Assembly (NCBI GenBank): GCA_017395715.1
Contig: JAFQNZ010000211.1
Span: 1 to 54,202 of the forward strand
Direction: 5' to 3'
DNA from: Clostridia bacterium
GTDB lineage: Bacteria > Bacillota > Clostridia > Oscillospirales > CAG-272
Length of the DNA: 54,202 bases
Position 1 is the first letter of the stretch, and every line of letters begins with the position of its first letter. The notes beneath the pieces were generated by a model that was given only the letters and a program-made list of their open reading frames with translations, was not told where the DNA came from and ran no database searches. Shown here piece after piece: positions 25,137 to 33,376 of the stretch. A program made the translations under genes and the position numbers.

Positions 25137-25530
25137 TCACCTTGCTCACGGCGTAGGAAACGCTATTGAGACTACGGGCTACTTTCTTCACCACATAATC
25201 CCAAGGCGTAATCACTTCGCCTTTCTCGTTGCGAGCAAGCTCACCATCCTCGGTAAGCTCAGGAAGGGTATCAATCCACAGCACGGAATACTCATCAATC
25301 GGAGTATCGGGTTTCTCGATGACGATAACCTTATCGTAGGCTTCGTCCTCGCCGAACTGACGGGTGTTCGTCTCGCCCATGGCGGCAGAGATATTGGCCT
25401 TGGAACGCTCAGGCTTGTGATACCTGACCTCATACTCGCCCGACTCATTGCCGTACTCGTCTAAGATCGGTTCTTTGGCATCGTAGAGCGCGTAGAAGAA
25501 GGGAGTCATATTTCGAGTCATACACCGCAT
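25123..25530 (-). CDS. Head closure / neck protein (by position)
   Basis: 135 aa, coupled to its neighbours. Confidence 0.4.
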   Translation of the reverse strand: MRCMTRNMTPFFYALYDAKEPILDEYGNESGEYEVRYHKPERSKANISAAMGETNTRQFGEDEAYDKVIVIEKPDTPIDEYSVLWIDTLPELTEDGELARNEKGEVITPWDYVVKKVARSLNSVSYAVSKVNVRG

Positions 25531-25853
25531 CAGATCACCCCCACGAAGGGAGTTACATGACTGCGGATATATGCGATCATGTCCTCGTACTTGAAAGTGC
25601 GGGAAATGCCGTTCTCGTTGTGGCTCACCTGATTCTCTGCGCCGCTCTGCGAATACCCTGCGATAACCGCAAACACCTGAGTCATCTCGTATTCAGCGGG
25701 AATTTCGGTGGGAATCTCCTCGCAATACGAATACCTCCAACCCAAAATCTCCTTCTGAGAAGCGGTAAGGTAGACCGTCAACTTCTCATCTTCCGAGGTG
25801 TCCTCGAAACCCAACAGGGATTTCACCATGGACAGCTTTTCGGCTTCGGTCAT
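25530..25853 (-). CDS. Head-tail connector (gp6-like) protein
   Basis: 107 aa, second gene after the capsid gene (a 57-aa ORF lies between). Has the acidic N-terminal helix pattern typical of gp6-like adaptors. Confidence 0.5.
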   Translation of the reverse strand: MTEAEKLSMVKSLLGFEDTSEDEKLTVYLTASQKEILGWRYSYCEEIPTEIPAEYEMTQVFAVIAGYSQSGAENQVSHNENGISRTFKYEDMIAYIRSHVTPFVGVI

Positions 25854-25871
25854 TGCGGTCTACCTCCCTTC

Positions 25872-26045
25872 TTACTCCTCAGTCTTTTCAGCCTGTTCGG
25901 AGGAGTCATTCTGTTCAGAAGACTCGTTGGTGGGCTTGGTTTCCTCACCCTTGGGCTTGGAGGGCTTACCCTTACCCTTCTTGGTCTCCTTCTGATCGAC
26001 AATCAGACCGATCACAAGACCCTTGGAAGTCATCTTCTCAGCCAT
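25872..26045 (-). CDS. Small Lys/Glu-rich protein (57 aa, below the ORF-track cutoff)
   Basis: ATG at 26045 is preceded by GCAGGAGGTAACG. Translation is MAEKMTSKGLVIGLIVDQKETKKGKGKPSKPKGEETKPTNESSEQNDSSEQAEKTEE. Confidence 0.55.
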   Translation of the reverse strand: MAEKMTSKGLVIGLIVDQKETKKGKGKPSKPKGEETKPTNESSEQNDSSEQAEKTEE

Positions 26046-26062
26046 AGCTCGTTACCTCCTGC

Positions 26063-26968
26063 TTAGGCCAGCGCGGTAGAACCACGGTGCATATAGATAC
26101 CCTTGGTCTTGTTCTCGTAGACGAAGGTATCATGGTAGATGCGGTAGTCGAACTTCCACGCATCGGCCTTCTGGTTCTCGTTGGGAGTGAAGATACGGGG
26201 CAGGACGTGCTTCACAACCTTGGTCACGGCAGAGGGATGGACGATCATGAAGTTGATCTTGTAACCATCGCCAACCGCGCCGGTGTAACCGCCAGCGGTC
26301 TGACCTTCGGTAGTACCGTCCAGCAGGGTGATCGCGGTGTAGAAGCGGCTCTGAGGAACACGGACAATCTGCATATTGTCGTAGGTCTCAACTTCGCGGT
26401 TCACACCACGCACATCGTTCATAACGGTGCGCACGATCTTGGCACGGAGACCCGCATAGGCGGTCTCGGAAATGAACAGGATACGACCCTCGGTGGGGAC
26501 TTCGGCTTCGTTCATATCCTTCTCGGCGGTGTCGATGAGGGCGGGAACATCGGTAGTACCGATCTCAACGTCACCAGTAGCGGTCTGAATGCCCTCAGCA
26601 CCCGCGATCTTGGCGAAGGTGTAGGCATCAATTTCGGGAGCGACCTTGGTACGGATGAACTCACCCGCCAGAGTACCAAAGGCCATGCCGATGGTCTCCT
26701 CGTTGTCCATGCGGTCAACCATGAACGCACGACCACGGTCGCGGGTCAGGGTCAGGGTTTCCCAAGAGCCAGCGACTTCACCATCGGTGTAGCCCTTGTT
26801 GCGGTCGTAGTTACCCAGACCATCCATAGAGGTCTTGAAAACCTTGATGGTATTGCCATTCACAATGTCAACCTTGGTCGCATCGAGAATAGCGGTACGG
26901 GAGCTTGCCTTGTACACTTCATCCAGCAGAGGAAGGTACTTCTGAGCAAGTTCAAAAGTATTAGCCAT
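26063..26968 (-). CDS. Major capsid protein
   Basis: 301 aa, immediately after the scaffold gene. RBS is GGAGGT. Confidence 0.8.
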   Translation of the reverse strand: MANTFELAQKYLPLLDEVYKASSRTAILDATKVDIVNGNTIKVFKTSMDGLGNYDRNKGYTDGEVAGSWETLTLTRDRGRAFMVDRMDNEETIGMAFGTLAGEFIRTKVAPEIDAYTFAKIAGAEGIQTATGDVEIGTTDVPALIDTAEKDMNEAEVPTEGRILFISETAYAGLRAKIVRTVMNDVRGVNREVETYDNMQIVRVPQSRFYTAITLLDGTTEGQTAGGYTGAVGDGYKINFMIVHPSAVTKVVKHVLPRIFTPNENQKADAWKFDYRIYHDTFVYENKTKGIYMHRGSTALA

Positions 26969-26995
26969 AACTTGTTACCTCCAATTCATTGAAAT

Positions 26996-27571
26996 TTAGA
27001 TAGGCGGCAGACCGAAACTGGCTCTCAGGTCAGCCATTTCCTTCTTCGCCTTGGCTTCGTTGGGGTCATCCCCAGCAGGAGGCACGGGCGTTTCTTTCAG
27101 AATCTTCGCTCGCAACGCCTTTTCAGCGTTCACGGAATGCTTGCGCATCACGGCGAACACGGTTTCCATGTCACCGTCAGCCATGGCGTTCGCGGCTTCA
27201 TCAGCCAGCGCTTCATCATAGCCCTGGGACAGGAAGGAAGCCTTGTGATTGCTCACAGTCTTTTCCTTGCGGAGCGTTTCAAGCTCCAGCTTCATGTCCT
27301 CCTGTTCCTGCTTGCGCCGTTCCTCCTCGATCTCATCGGCACTCATCTTCGCACGAAGCTGACGCTTGGTGGCGGCAAGTTCCTTGGAAACCTTGTCGAA
27401 ATGAGCCTTGGAGATCATGCCATCCTTGGAAGGGGCAGGAGCGGGAGCGGGTTCAGGGTCGTTATCGGGTTGCGGGTTCGGGTCGGTGTCCATGTTTTCG
27501 AGCAGACTCAGCTTTTCCTCAGCCGTCATGTCCTCCCGATAACCTTCCACCTTCGTCCAGTCAAAAGCCAT
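26996..27571 (-). CDS. Scaffolding protein
   Basis: 191 aa, highly charged and helical (EIEEERRKQEQEDMKLELETLRKEK), between portal and capsid. Confidence 0.75.
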   Translation of the reverse strand: MAFDWTKVEGYREDMTAEEKLSLLENMDTDPNPQPDNDPEPAPAPAPSKDGMISKAHFDKVSKELAATKRQLRAKMSADEIEEERRKQEQEDMKLELETLRKEKTVSNHKASFLSQGYDEALADEAANAMADGDMETVFAVMRKHSVNAEKALRAKILKETPVPPAGDDPNEAKAKKEMADLRASFGLPPI

Positions 27572-27595
27572 CGTATACCTCCTTGCGTTTGTTCA

Positions 27596-27686
27596 AAGCG
27601 GTTCTCTCCGCTTAACAATGAATGCGAATTTTATATACCGTCTTCTCTTACGGTTTGCGAATTGTTTTACCTCGCTTCTCTGCGAG
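27596..27686 (-). promoter_or_regulatory. Three tandem stem-loops with a conserved AGAGAA loop (mRNA sense) in the portal-scaffold intergenic region
   Basis: 27596-27613 aagcgg/ttctct/ccgctt. 27637-27654 accgt/cttctctt/acggt. 27671-27686 ctcgc/ttctct/gcgag. Confidence 0.6.
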
Positions 27687-27703
27687 TATCAAAACAGGGG
27701 AGC

Positions 27704-29152
27704 TTACTCCTCTGTCTCAACCTTCTTAGGCGGTTCTCCCTTGGAAGGAGGTACAGAACCCGCCGGGACAGGTTCTTTGTAATCCCACTTCCGCAGGAAG
27801 GACTTGCTCTGCTCGGTCACATCCATCGGGTCATTGAACAGACCACTCGTGGCAATAGCCACTTCGGGGGCAAGACCAGCTTCAAGCATCTGCATCAAGC
27901 TCTGCGTCTTGGTCAACAGGTTATCATGCTGTCTGCGAGTGAACTTGTAATCCACCTCGCGCAGACTCAGGTTGAACTCCTTCACCACGGTACGGATGAT
28001 GCTCAGGGCAAGCCGCAGGAAACTCCGTTCAGACTCCTCGAAAAGAAGCTCGGTGTCCTTGGCTCGCGCTTCGCATTGACTCCAACCGTCTCTCAGGAAT
28101 ACCGCCGCACCCGTATCAGAGGTGGATGCACCACCCTTGGTCGTGGTCGGCATACCACAGATCACAAGCACCTGCTCGTAGATGTAATCCACAAGGGTCT
28201 GCGTCTGCGCCTGATTAAGCTCCTGAGACACAATATCCACATCGGAATCCACGCCCTGCGTAGACTTCACGATGATCGCACCGAGTTCTTGGAGCTTTTT
28301 GATACCCGCATCGTCAATCTCACAGTTCTTGAACTTCAAGAAGCTCTGAATGAACTGCTCAATACCATCCACTCGGTTGCTCATGATGGTGTTGATCGCA
28401 TCCAACAGCGGAACGGCGGGTTCAAAAGAACCCATCCTTGCCATATTCAGCCGATACTCGAAAATCGGAATATCGCCCAAACTGTGCGCTTCCCACTTTT
28501 TCAGCACACCATCTTCGACCTCGAAGTAATGGTCACGAGTGTAGCCGCAATAGGTAGCTTTCAGGCTCTTATCGGCCTGTTCTTTGTAGACCTCACGAAC
28601 ACCCATCATCCTGCGCTTACCGAAACCTGCGTTGTACACCACGAAGGTGTAGCGCGGGTCAGGGGTATCAAGCATGAAGGGAGCGTCATCCTCGGTCGCG
28701 TTCTTACGGGGGAGAACCATGCGATAGCCAACACCGCCAATCGCCATCCATGTAGCGATTTCCTTGTCACGGCTCGCCTTGTTCTCGAAGAACATGAAGT
28801 CATTCAGCGTGGTAATCTCGTTGGAAGACTGTCCACGCTCACCGCGCCGCACATAGGTCAGCGGTTCACCGAGGAAATATCCGCTCGTGAACTGCGTAAT
28901 CTCAGCGGCATGGTTTTCAACGATCTTGTTGCAAATCTCAGGCCGCACCTTTTTCGTGCGGGTGAGAATCGGCTGATTGCCCTTCATGTAGCGATAGAGG
29001 TAGTCAATCTGAAAGGAGTTGGTCTGATGAACGAGCAACGCCTTACCCAGCACATCGCACACATTATTGCGTGTGATTTCTTCAACGGGGGTGATGATCT
29101 CCGTCCTGCCAAAAAGCGGATTCTCGATCTGAACCCCTACGTTCTCACTCAT
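27704..29152 (-). CDS. Portal protein (SPP1 gp6-like)
   Basis: 482 aa from the ATG at 29152, preceded by GGGAGGGAG. Lies two genes downstream of terL, with nrdG between. Confidence 0.85.
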   Translation of the reverse strand: MSENVGVQIENPLFGRTEIITPVEEITRNNVCDVLGKALLVHQTNSFQIDYLYRYMKGNQPILTRTKKVRPEICNKIVENHAAEITQFTSGYFLGEPLTYVRRGERGQSSNEITTLNDFMFFENKASRDKEIATWMAIGGVGYRMVLPRKNATEDDAPFMLDTPDPRYTFVVYNAGFGKRRMMGVREVYKEQADKSLKATYCGYTRDHYFEVEDGVLKKWEAHSLGDIPIFEYRLNMARMGSFEPAVPLLDAINTIMSNRVDGIEQFIQSFLKFKNCEIDDAGIKKLQELGAIIVKSTQGVDSDVDIVSQELNQAQTQTLVDYIYEQVLVICGMPTTTKGGASTSDTGAAVFLRDGWSQCEARAKDTELLFEESERSFLRLALSIIRTVVKEFNLSLREVDYKFTRRQHDNLLTKTQSLMQMLEAGLAPEVAIATSGLFNDPMDVTEQSKSFLRKWDYKEPVPAGSVPPSKGEPPKKVETEE

Positions 29153-29171
29153 CTGAACTCCCTCCCTTCTC

Positions 29172-29223
29172 GAAAATAAAAAGCGCATGATGTTCGAGGA
29201 CGTGTCCTCTCGCATTCATGCGC
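29172..29223 (-). terminator. Intrinsic terminator in the portal leader
   Basis: Outer stem gcgcatga / tcatgcgc encloses an inner hairpin. On the minus strand it is followed by TTTTTATTTT. Confidence 0.6.
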
Positions 29224-29255
29224 CTTGAATCCATATTGCGGATTTCTACTATTCA

Positions 29256-29284
29256 ATTATACTCTATATTTCGGAGCTTGTCAA
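29256..29284 (-). promoter_or_regulatory. Consensus sigma70-type promoter upstream of the portal gene
   Basis: Minus strand reads TTGACA (29284-29279), 17 bp, TATAAT (29261-29256). Confidence 0.65.
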
Positions 29285-29309
29285 TAAAAATTCTTCTGAT
29301 TATTGGATT

Positions 29310-29804
29310 TTATTTGTAAAGGAGCGTGATTTCTCCTGTCTCACGGTAAGCGTTCATATCAATCACACGCTGATTCGTACTCCCTCGATAATCAAGTTCG
29401 AGCGACCGCAGTTCTTGAACATACCGACCATCCACAAGCACATCCACTTCTCGTAGTAATACATCAGCGTTCGGAACGTGCTTTTCCAACTGTTGCAGAG
29501 TATACCCTGTATAACACCATACGTTCATACCTCTCGCTTTTGCGGCTTTGGCTATTTCCGCACAAGCAAATTGCTGAAAGAACGGTTCGCCGCCCGAAAG
29601 GGTCAGGCCATCGCAAAGCGGGTTTGCATCCATCTGAGCTATGACCTCCTCAACCTCCATCATCTTTCCACCATAGAGCGTATGAGTTTCGGGGTTATGA
29701 CACCCTTTACAACGGTGTGGGCAACCCTGCGTGAATACTACGAACCGAAGCCCCTTACCGTCCACAATAGAATCCTGCGTGATACCCGCTACTCTGATCT
29801 TCAT
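29310..29804 (-). CDS. nrdG: Anaerobic ribonucleotide reductase activating protein (radical SAM)
   Basis: MKIRVAGITQDSIVDGKGLRFVVFTQGCPHRCKGCHNPETH contains CxxxCxxC, and GLTLSGGEP is present. ATG at 29804 follows GAGGAGG. Confidence 0.85.
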   Translation of the reverse strand: MKIRVAGITQDSIVDGKGLRFVVFTQGCPHRCKGCHNPETHTLYGGKMMEVEEVIAQMDANPLCDGLTLSGGEPFFQQFACAEIAKAAKARGMNVWCYTGYTLQQLEKHVPNADVLLREVDVLVDGRYVQELRSLELDYRGSTNQRVIDMNAYRETGEITLLYK

Positions 29805-29814
29805 GACAACCTCC

Positions 29815-31461
29815 TCAATACGGTCTCTGAATGATTCGTACCTCAGCCCCCGCAAGCCCCTGAATGAACTCGGCGAACATCGCCATGGCATCAGGTACGT
29901 CATCGTGCTTATTCTTACCCGCCATGGTGTAGGTGCAAAGCATATCCATGAACCTGCCGTAATCACTCGATCTCTTATACAGGCTCTTGTCCCTGAACAG
30001 GCAATGTTCCTTCACCCATGCGCTGTTGACGATGATCTTGGTCTCCTTATTGGCGGTGGTGAACTTGGTGGTGATGTGGGTGATACCACCCTGCTTCTTG
30101 ACTTCCTTCTGAACCTTCTCGGCAACACGACCACCTGCGCTGTTGCTCTCAAAACGGCATTGATGCACCTTGTTTTTCAGCAGAATCCCAATGAGACGAG
30201 CGTCCACCGTATCAGGCAAACCGTTGTCACAGATCACATCTTCGATATAGTAGTCATTACCATAGCAGTAGCCAACGGGAAGCACAGCGAAGTCCGTACC
30301 CTTATCCTTGGTATCGCAGACAGCCAAAATGCCGTCAGGAGCGGTGCTCGGCAGATCGAAATATCTGCGAAGCTCGTCTTCATCGTATACAAGACCCTCG
30401 CGCTCAATGGGTTCGTTCATATACAAGGCTCGCCAGCTGGCATCATCCATAATATCACGCTGTTCATGGTAGACCTTGGTGGAGAAACCCACGCCGTAAG
30501 CGTAATCGAAATTGCTCTCATCATTCGCATCCAAAGCGGGAATGACAATGAATTTCGCCCTCGGATTGTTGCTATACTCACTTTCAAGCCGTCCGATAAC
30601 GTCATGGACGCTCCAACGGGTAGCAATGTGAAGCTCCTTGCACTTATCACCGATCTTACGCTGACGAAGGTCGGTGGTGTAGGTCTGCCACAGCTTGTCC
30701 AAGCGTTCCTTACTCAGAGCAACCTCGATACCACTCACAAGGTCATCGCAGTAAAGCAGGGTAGCCGCACGGTACAAACCCGCATTACCCGTACCGATGG
30801 AGGTAAATTCAAGGGTCTCGAATCGTTTGGGGTCTCCCAGATCAATGCGGCAATCCTTCGCATTGGTACTGCATACATCCACATACGGGAAAACATCATG
30901 CCACAGGTATTCACCGTTCTTATCGAAGATGCGCAGACATTCGTCATATACACCGCGAACGAAGGAATTACTATGGCTACCCGTCAGCATAGGTTTATCG
31001 GGAATCTTACCCGCGAGCCACGTCAGGAAGAAAATCGCCAATGTAGTCTTGCCTACGCCCGGAGGAAGACTGATCGCCAAAAGGTCGAGCGCATCATCCG
31101 CAAGAGCTTGAAGCTCATCAACCACCGCTTTCAGAATCTTACGGCGGGGAGCATAGAATTTCTTACTCGGTTCCCTGTTCCATTCGATATATAATAGGTA
31201 AGAATCGAAATCGTCCTTTGCGGCGGCATGGAGCACCTGCTTGTGAAGGGAGAAGAAATTCCTCGCAAGAGGTAAATCTGTCTTCGCAAGAGAGGGAATG
31301 AGATCATTCAACCTCTCGGAAATCCATTTCAGCCATTTGAGACCCAGTTCCTTATCAGTTTTCAGAGCTTCCTTCGCAACTGAATACAAATCCTTATAAA
31401 TTCGGTAATTGAGAGGGTCTTTTTGCAGATTTTCCGCAATTTTCTCAATCAAATCAAGCAT
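29815..31461 (-). CDS. terL: Terminase large subunit
   Basis: Walker A LPPGVGKTT plus a C-terminal nuclease-type region. ATG at 31461 is preceded by GGAGG. Confidence 0.85.
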   Translation of the reverse strand: MLDLIEKIAENLQKDPLNYRIYKDLYSVAKEALKTDKELGLKWLKWISERLNDLIPSLAKTDLPLARNFFSLHKQVLHAAAKDDFDSYLLYIEWNREPSKKFYAPRRKILKAVVDELQALADDALDLLAISLPPGVGKTTLAIFFLTWLAGKIPDKPMLTGSHSNSFVRGVYDECLRIFDKNGEYLWHDVFPYVDVCSTNAKDCRIDLGDPKRFETLEFTSIGTGNAGLYRAATLLYCDDLVSGIEVALSKERLDKLWQTYTTDLRQRKIGDKCKELHIATRWSVHDVIGRLESEYSNNPRAKFIVIPALDANDESNFDYAYGVGFSTKVYHEQRDIMDDASWRALYMNEPIEREGLVYDEDELRRYFDLPSTAPDGILAVCDTKDKGTDFAVLPVGYCYGNDYYIEDVICDNGLPDTVDARLIGILLKNKVHQCRFESNSAGGRVAEKVQKEVKKQGGITHITTKFTTANKETKIIVNSAWVKEHCLFRDKSLYKRSSDYGRFMDMLCTYTMAGKNKHDDVPDAMAMFAEFIQGLAGAEVRIIQRPY

Positions 31462-31470
31462 TTTCGACCT

Positions 31471-31514
31471 CCAAAACAAAAATAGTGCATGATCGCGTCT
31501 TTGCAATCATGCAC
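31471..31514 (-). terminator. Intrinsic terminator immediately upstream of the terL RBS
   Basis: 9-bp stem gtgcatgat / atcatgcac. On the minus strand it is followed by TATTTTTGTTTT. Confidence 0.6.
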
Positions 31515-31519
31515 CATCT

Positions 31520-31870
31520 TCAAACTTCGAGTTTCTTCATGTACTCCTTGTATTCCAAGGTTTGATTTCCTACCTTGACGTGCTTTCGTGAGCCGTCAGC
31601 ATAGTATACCATAAAGATTGTCTCATTCACAGCCCTATTTCGTAATCCTACGCTCATATGGACTGTATCTATGATCTTGGTCTTCACAACTGTTCGAGCA
31701 AGAGCGGCTTTTTCTCGTTCAGCTTGCCATTCTTGACGTTGCTCGAAGGTTTTCTGTCTTCTCTGCTCATATTTACCTGACTTCTTCTCATGTCGGTCGT
31801 ATAAAATGATGACCGCGAAGATAATCACGGCGAATATCACAGCAAATATGAAAAACATCTTCCCGTCCAT
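31520..31870 (-). CDS. Membrane-anchored hypothetical protein
   Basis: N-terminal TM segment MFFIFAVIFAVIIFAVIILY followed by a charged region. Confidence 0.6.
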   Translation of the reverse strand: MDGKMFFIFAVIFAVIIFAVIILYDRHEKKSGKYEQRRQKTFEQRQEWQAEREKAALARTVVKTKIIDTVHMSVGLRNRAVNETIFMVYYADGSRKHVKVGNQTLEYKEYMKKLEV

Positions 31871-31871
31871 A

Positions 31872-32516
31872 TTACCCTGCCTTTCTCACTCGTTCATACC
31901 AAGTGCTTCGGCTGATACCCAACTCCTCACAACACTCCGAGACGGTCATTTGACCGTCTTTTTGCATTTTCAGGAATTTTTCAAACTCAGGAATCTCCTT
32001 GGCCTTACGACCTTCCTTCCAATCGGGATCATGTTCACGGCAGATTGCCTTACCCTCGCTCGTGCGAGCAACAATCATATCGCGCTCGAACTCCGCAAAG
32101 GCGAGGAAGATTGTCCGCATCAGCTTCCCAGAAGGGCTGTCATCGAATTTTCCCATGTTCAGGATGTTGATTTCAACGCCCTTCGCCAAAAACTCATCAA
32201 TAATGTCAAGGCCATCGCGGGTGCTTCGAGCCATACGGTCGAGCTTTGTCATCACCACCGTGTCTCCTGCACACACCAACCCCATGAGTTCGTCCAGCTG
32301 AGGGCGGCTTTTCTTCGTGCCTGTGAAACTCTCACACAGAATCTTCTCTGCACCTGCTTCTCGCAGGAGCTTTTCTTGGGCTTCAAGGCTGTTTCCGTAC
32401 CTGTCCTGCCCTTTGGTGCTGACTCGTGCATAGCCGTAGATCAACCCAACCACACCTCCTTTGGGAAATTCGGGAGGATTTTTCATCCTCAGCTTCTTCA
32501 TGAAGAAGACAGTCAA
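31872..32516 (-). CDS. Small serine recombinase (resolvase/invertase family)
   Basis: GYARVSTKGQD (catalytic Ser), VVMTKLDRMARS, and a C-terminal HTH (VSECCEELGISRSTWYERV). The start is uncertain: TTG at 32516 or ATG at 32486. Confidence 0.8.
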   Translation of the reverse strand: MTVFFMKKLRMKNPPEFPKGGVVGLIYGYARVSTKGQDRYGNSLEAQEKLLREAGAEKILCESFTGTKKSRPQLDELMGLVCAGDTVVMTKLDRMARSTRDGLDIIDEFLAKGVEINILNMGKFDDSPSGKLMRTIFLAFAEFERDMIVARTSEGKAICREHDPDWKEGRKAKEIPEFEKFLKMQKDGQMTVSECCEELGISRSTWYERVRKAG

Positions 32517-32562
32517 AATACTTCCTTACACAATACCGTTCAGAAATATTCCCATTCTTCCC

Positions 32563-32787
32563 TTATTCTACTTCAAACCCACCTTCGGGGACTCGCGTCT
32601 CTCTCGGAACGACCACAACCTTGTAATCCATCAGCCGAAGCATTTCATTCAGCTTGGAGACAGACACGTTCTTCTGCTTGAATCGTTCACTCAGGACGTT
32701 GCTCTTGATACCAAGACGGTCACACAGCATCGCGGGACGAACCTCTTTCAGCTTCATAACCTCTTTTACAGCTTCCATGGCAATCAT
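32563..32787 (-). CDS. Small HTH DNA-binding protein
   Basis: ATG at 32787 (ATGA overlap, AGGAAGG RBS). MLCDRLGIKSNVLSERFKQKNVSVSKLNEML is HTH-like. Confidence 0.5.
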   Translation of the reverse strand: MIAMEAVKEVMKLKEVRPAMLCDRLGIKSNVLSERFKQKNVSVSKLNEMLRLMDYKVVVVPRETRVPEGGFEVE

Positions 32788-33035
32788 TGCTGACACCTTC
32801 CTTCATTGTACTCCTTGATGGCCTTGGTGAGTGCATTGACCACAAAGGTCTTATCGAGCAAGTAGAGATCGGAGATACCTTCTTCTCGTGCTACATCAAC
32901 CACCGCCTGAACGATAGCATCATCCACCATATCAACACATTGAGCAAGAACCTTCTGCTGAACGGAATACACACCATCGTCTACATTGATCTTGGGAGTT
33001 ACCTCAAACTGATAGTGCTCAAATGGATAAGCCAT
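32784..33035 (-). CDS. Hypothetical protein
   Basis: ATG at 33035 is preceded by AAAGGAGGTG and lies downstream of the leftward promoter at 33059-33087. Confidence 0.55.
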   Translation of the reverse strand: MAYPFEHYQFEVTPKINVDDGVYSVQQKVLAQCVDMVDDAIVQAVVDVAREEGISDLYLLDKTFVVNALTKAIKEYNEGRCQQ

Positions 33036-33058
33036 AAGAACACCTCCTTTCGTGAAAG

Positions 33059-33087
33059 AGTATAGCACAGGTATTTCTGAGTGTCAA
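33059..33087 (-). promoter_or_regulatory. Leftward promoter of the island
   Basis: Minus strand reads TTGACA (33087-33082), 17 bp, TATACT (33064-33059). It is flanked by TCTGAG repeats at 33076-33081 and 33094-33099. Confidence 0.55.
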
Positions 33088-33263
33088 GATATATCTGAGC
33101 AAAATGACTTTTTAATTTTTCCGGGTACTCAGAGCACTCCCTGCGGCGGGTGGCGGGTGGCGTATTCCCCCAGGGGTACACCCTGCCCACGTTGGCGGGA
33201 TATGATCGCATTCAGGCCGCGCCCATGTGCGAAAACTGTTGATTTTCCGCACGTCTCGAAGAC

Positions 33264-33350
33264 CTCAGAAAAATCTGAGAAAATTTCTTGTAAACGCTTG
33301 ACAAGCTCAGATATATCTGATATACTCGTGTCGTACTCAGAAATAACTGA
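33264..33350 (+). promoter_or_regulatory. Rightward promoter-operator cassette
   Basis: Palindrome CTCAGAAAAATCTGAG at 33264-33279. TTGACA (33298-33303), 17 bp, TATACT (33321-33326). TCAGATATATCTGA lies in the spacer, and CTCAGAAATAACTGA at 33336-33350. Confidence 0.6.
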
Positions 33351-33376
33351 CCGACCGAACGAGAGGAGACACCGCC

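Noticed and set aside
31872-32516. The resolvase-like ORF considered as a mis-identified small terminase.
   Set aside because: It has the full serine-recombinase catalytic core (YARVSTKGQD, LDRMARS), not just an HTH. A better terS candidate exists at 35931-36512.
33100-33260. A GC-rich stretch with gcgggtggcgggtggcg repeats considered as a tRNA or small RNA gene.
   Set aside because: I could find no cloverleaf and no T-loop (GTTCGAATC-like) or anticodon-arm pattern. No promoter or terminator brackets it. It is treated as spacer DNA between the divergent promoters.
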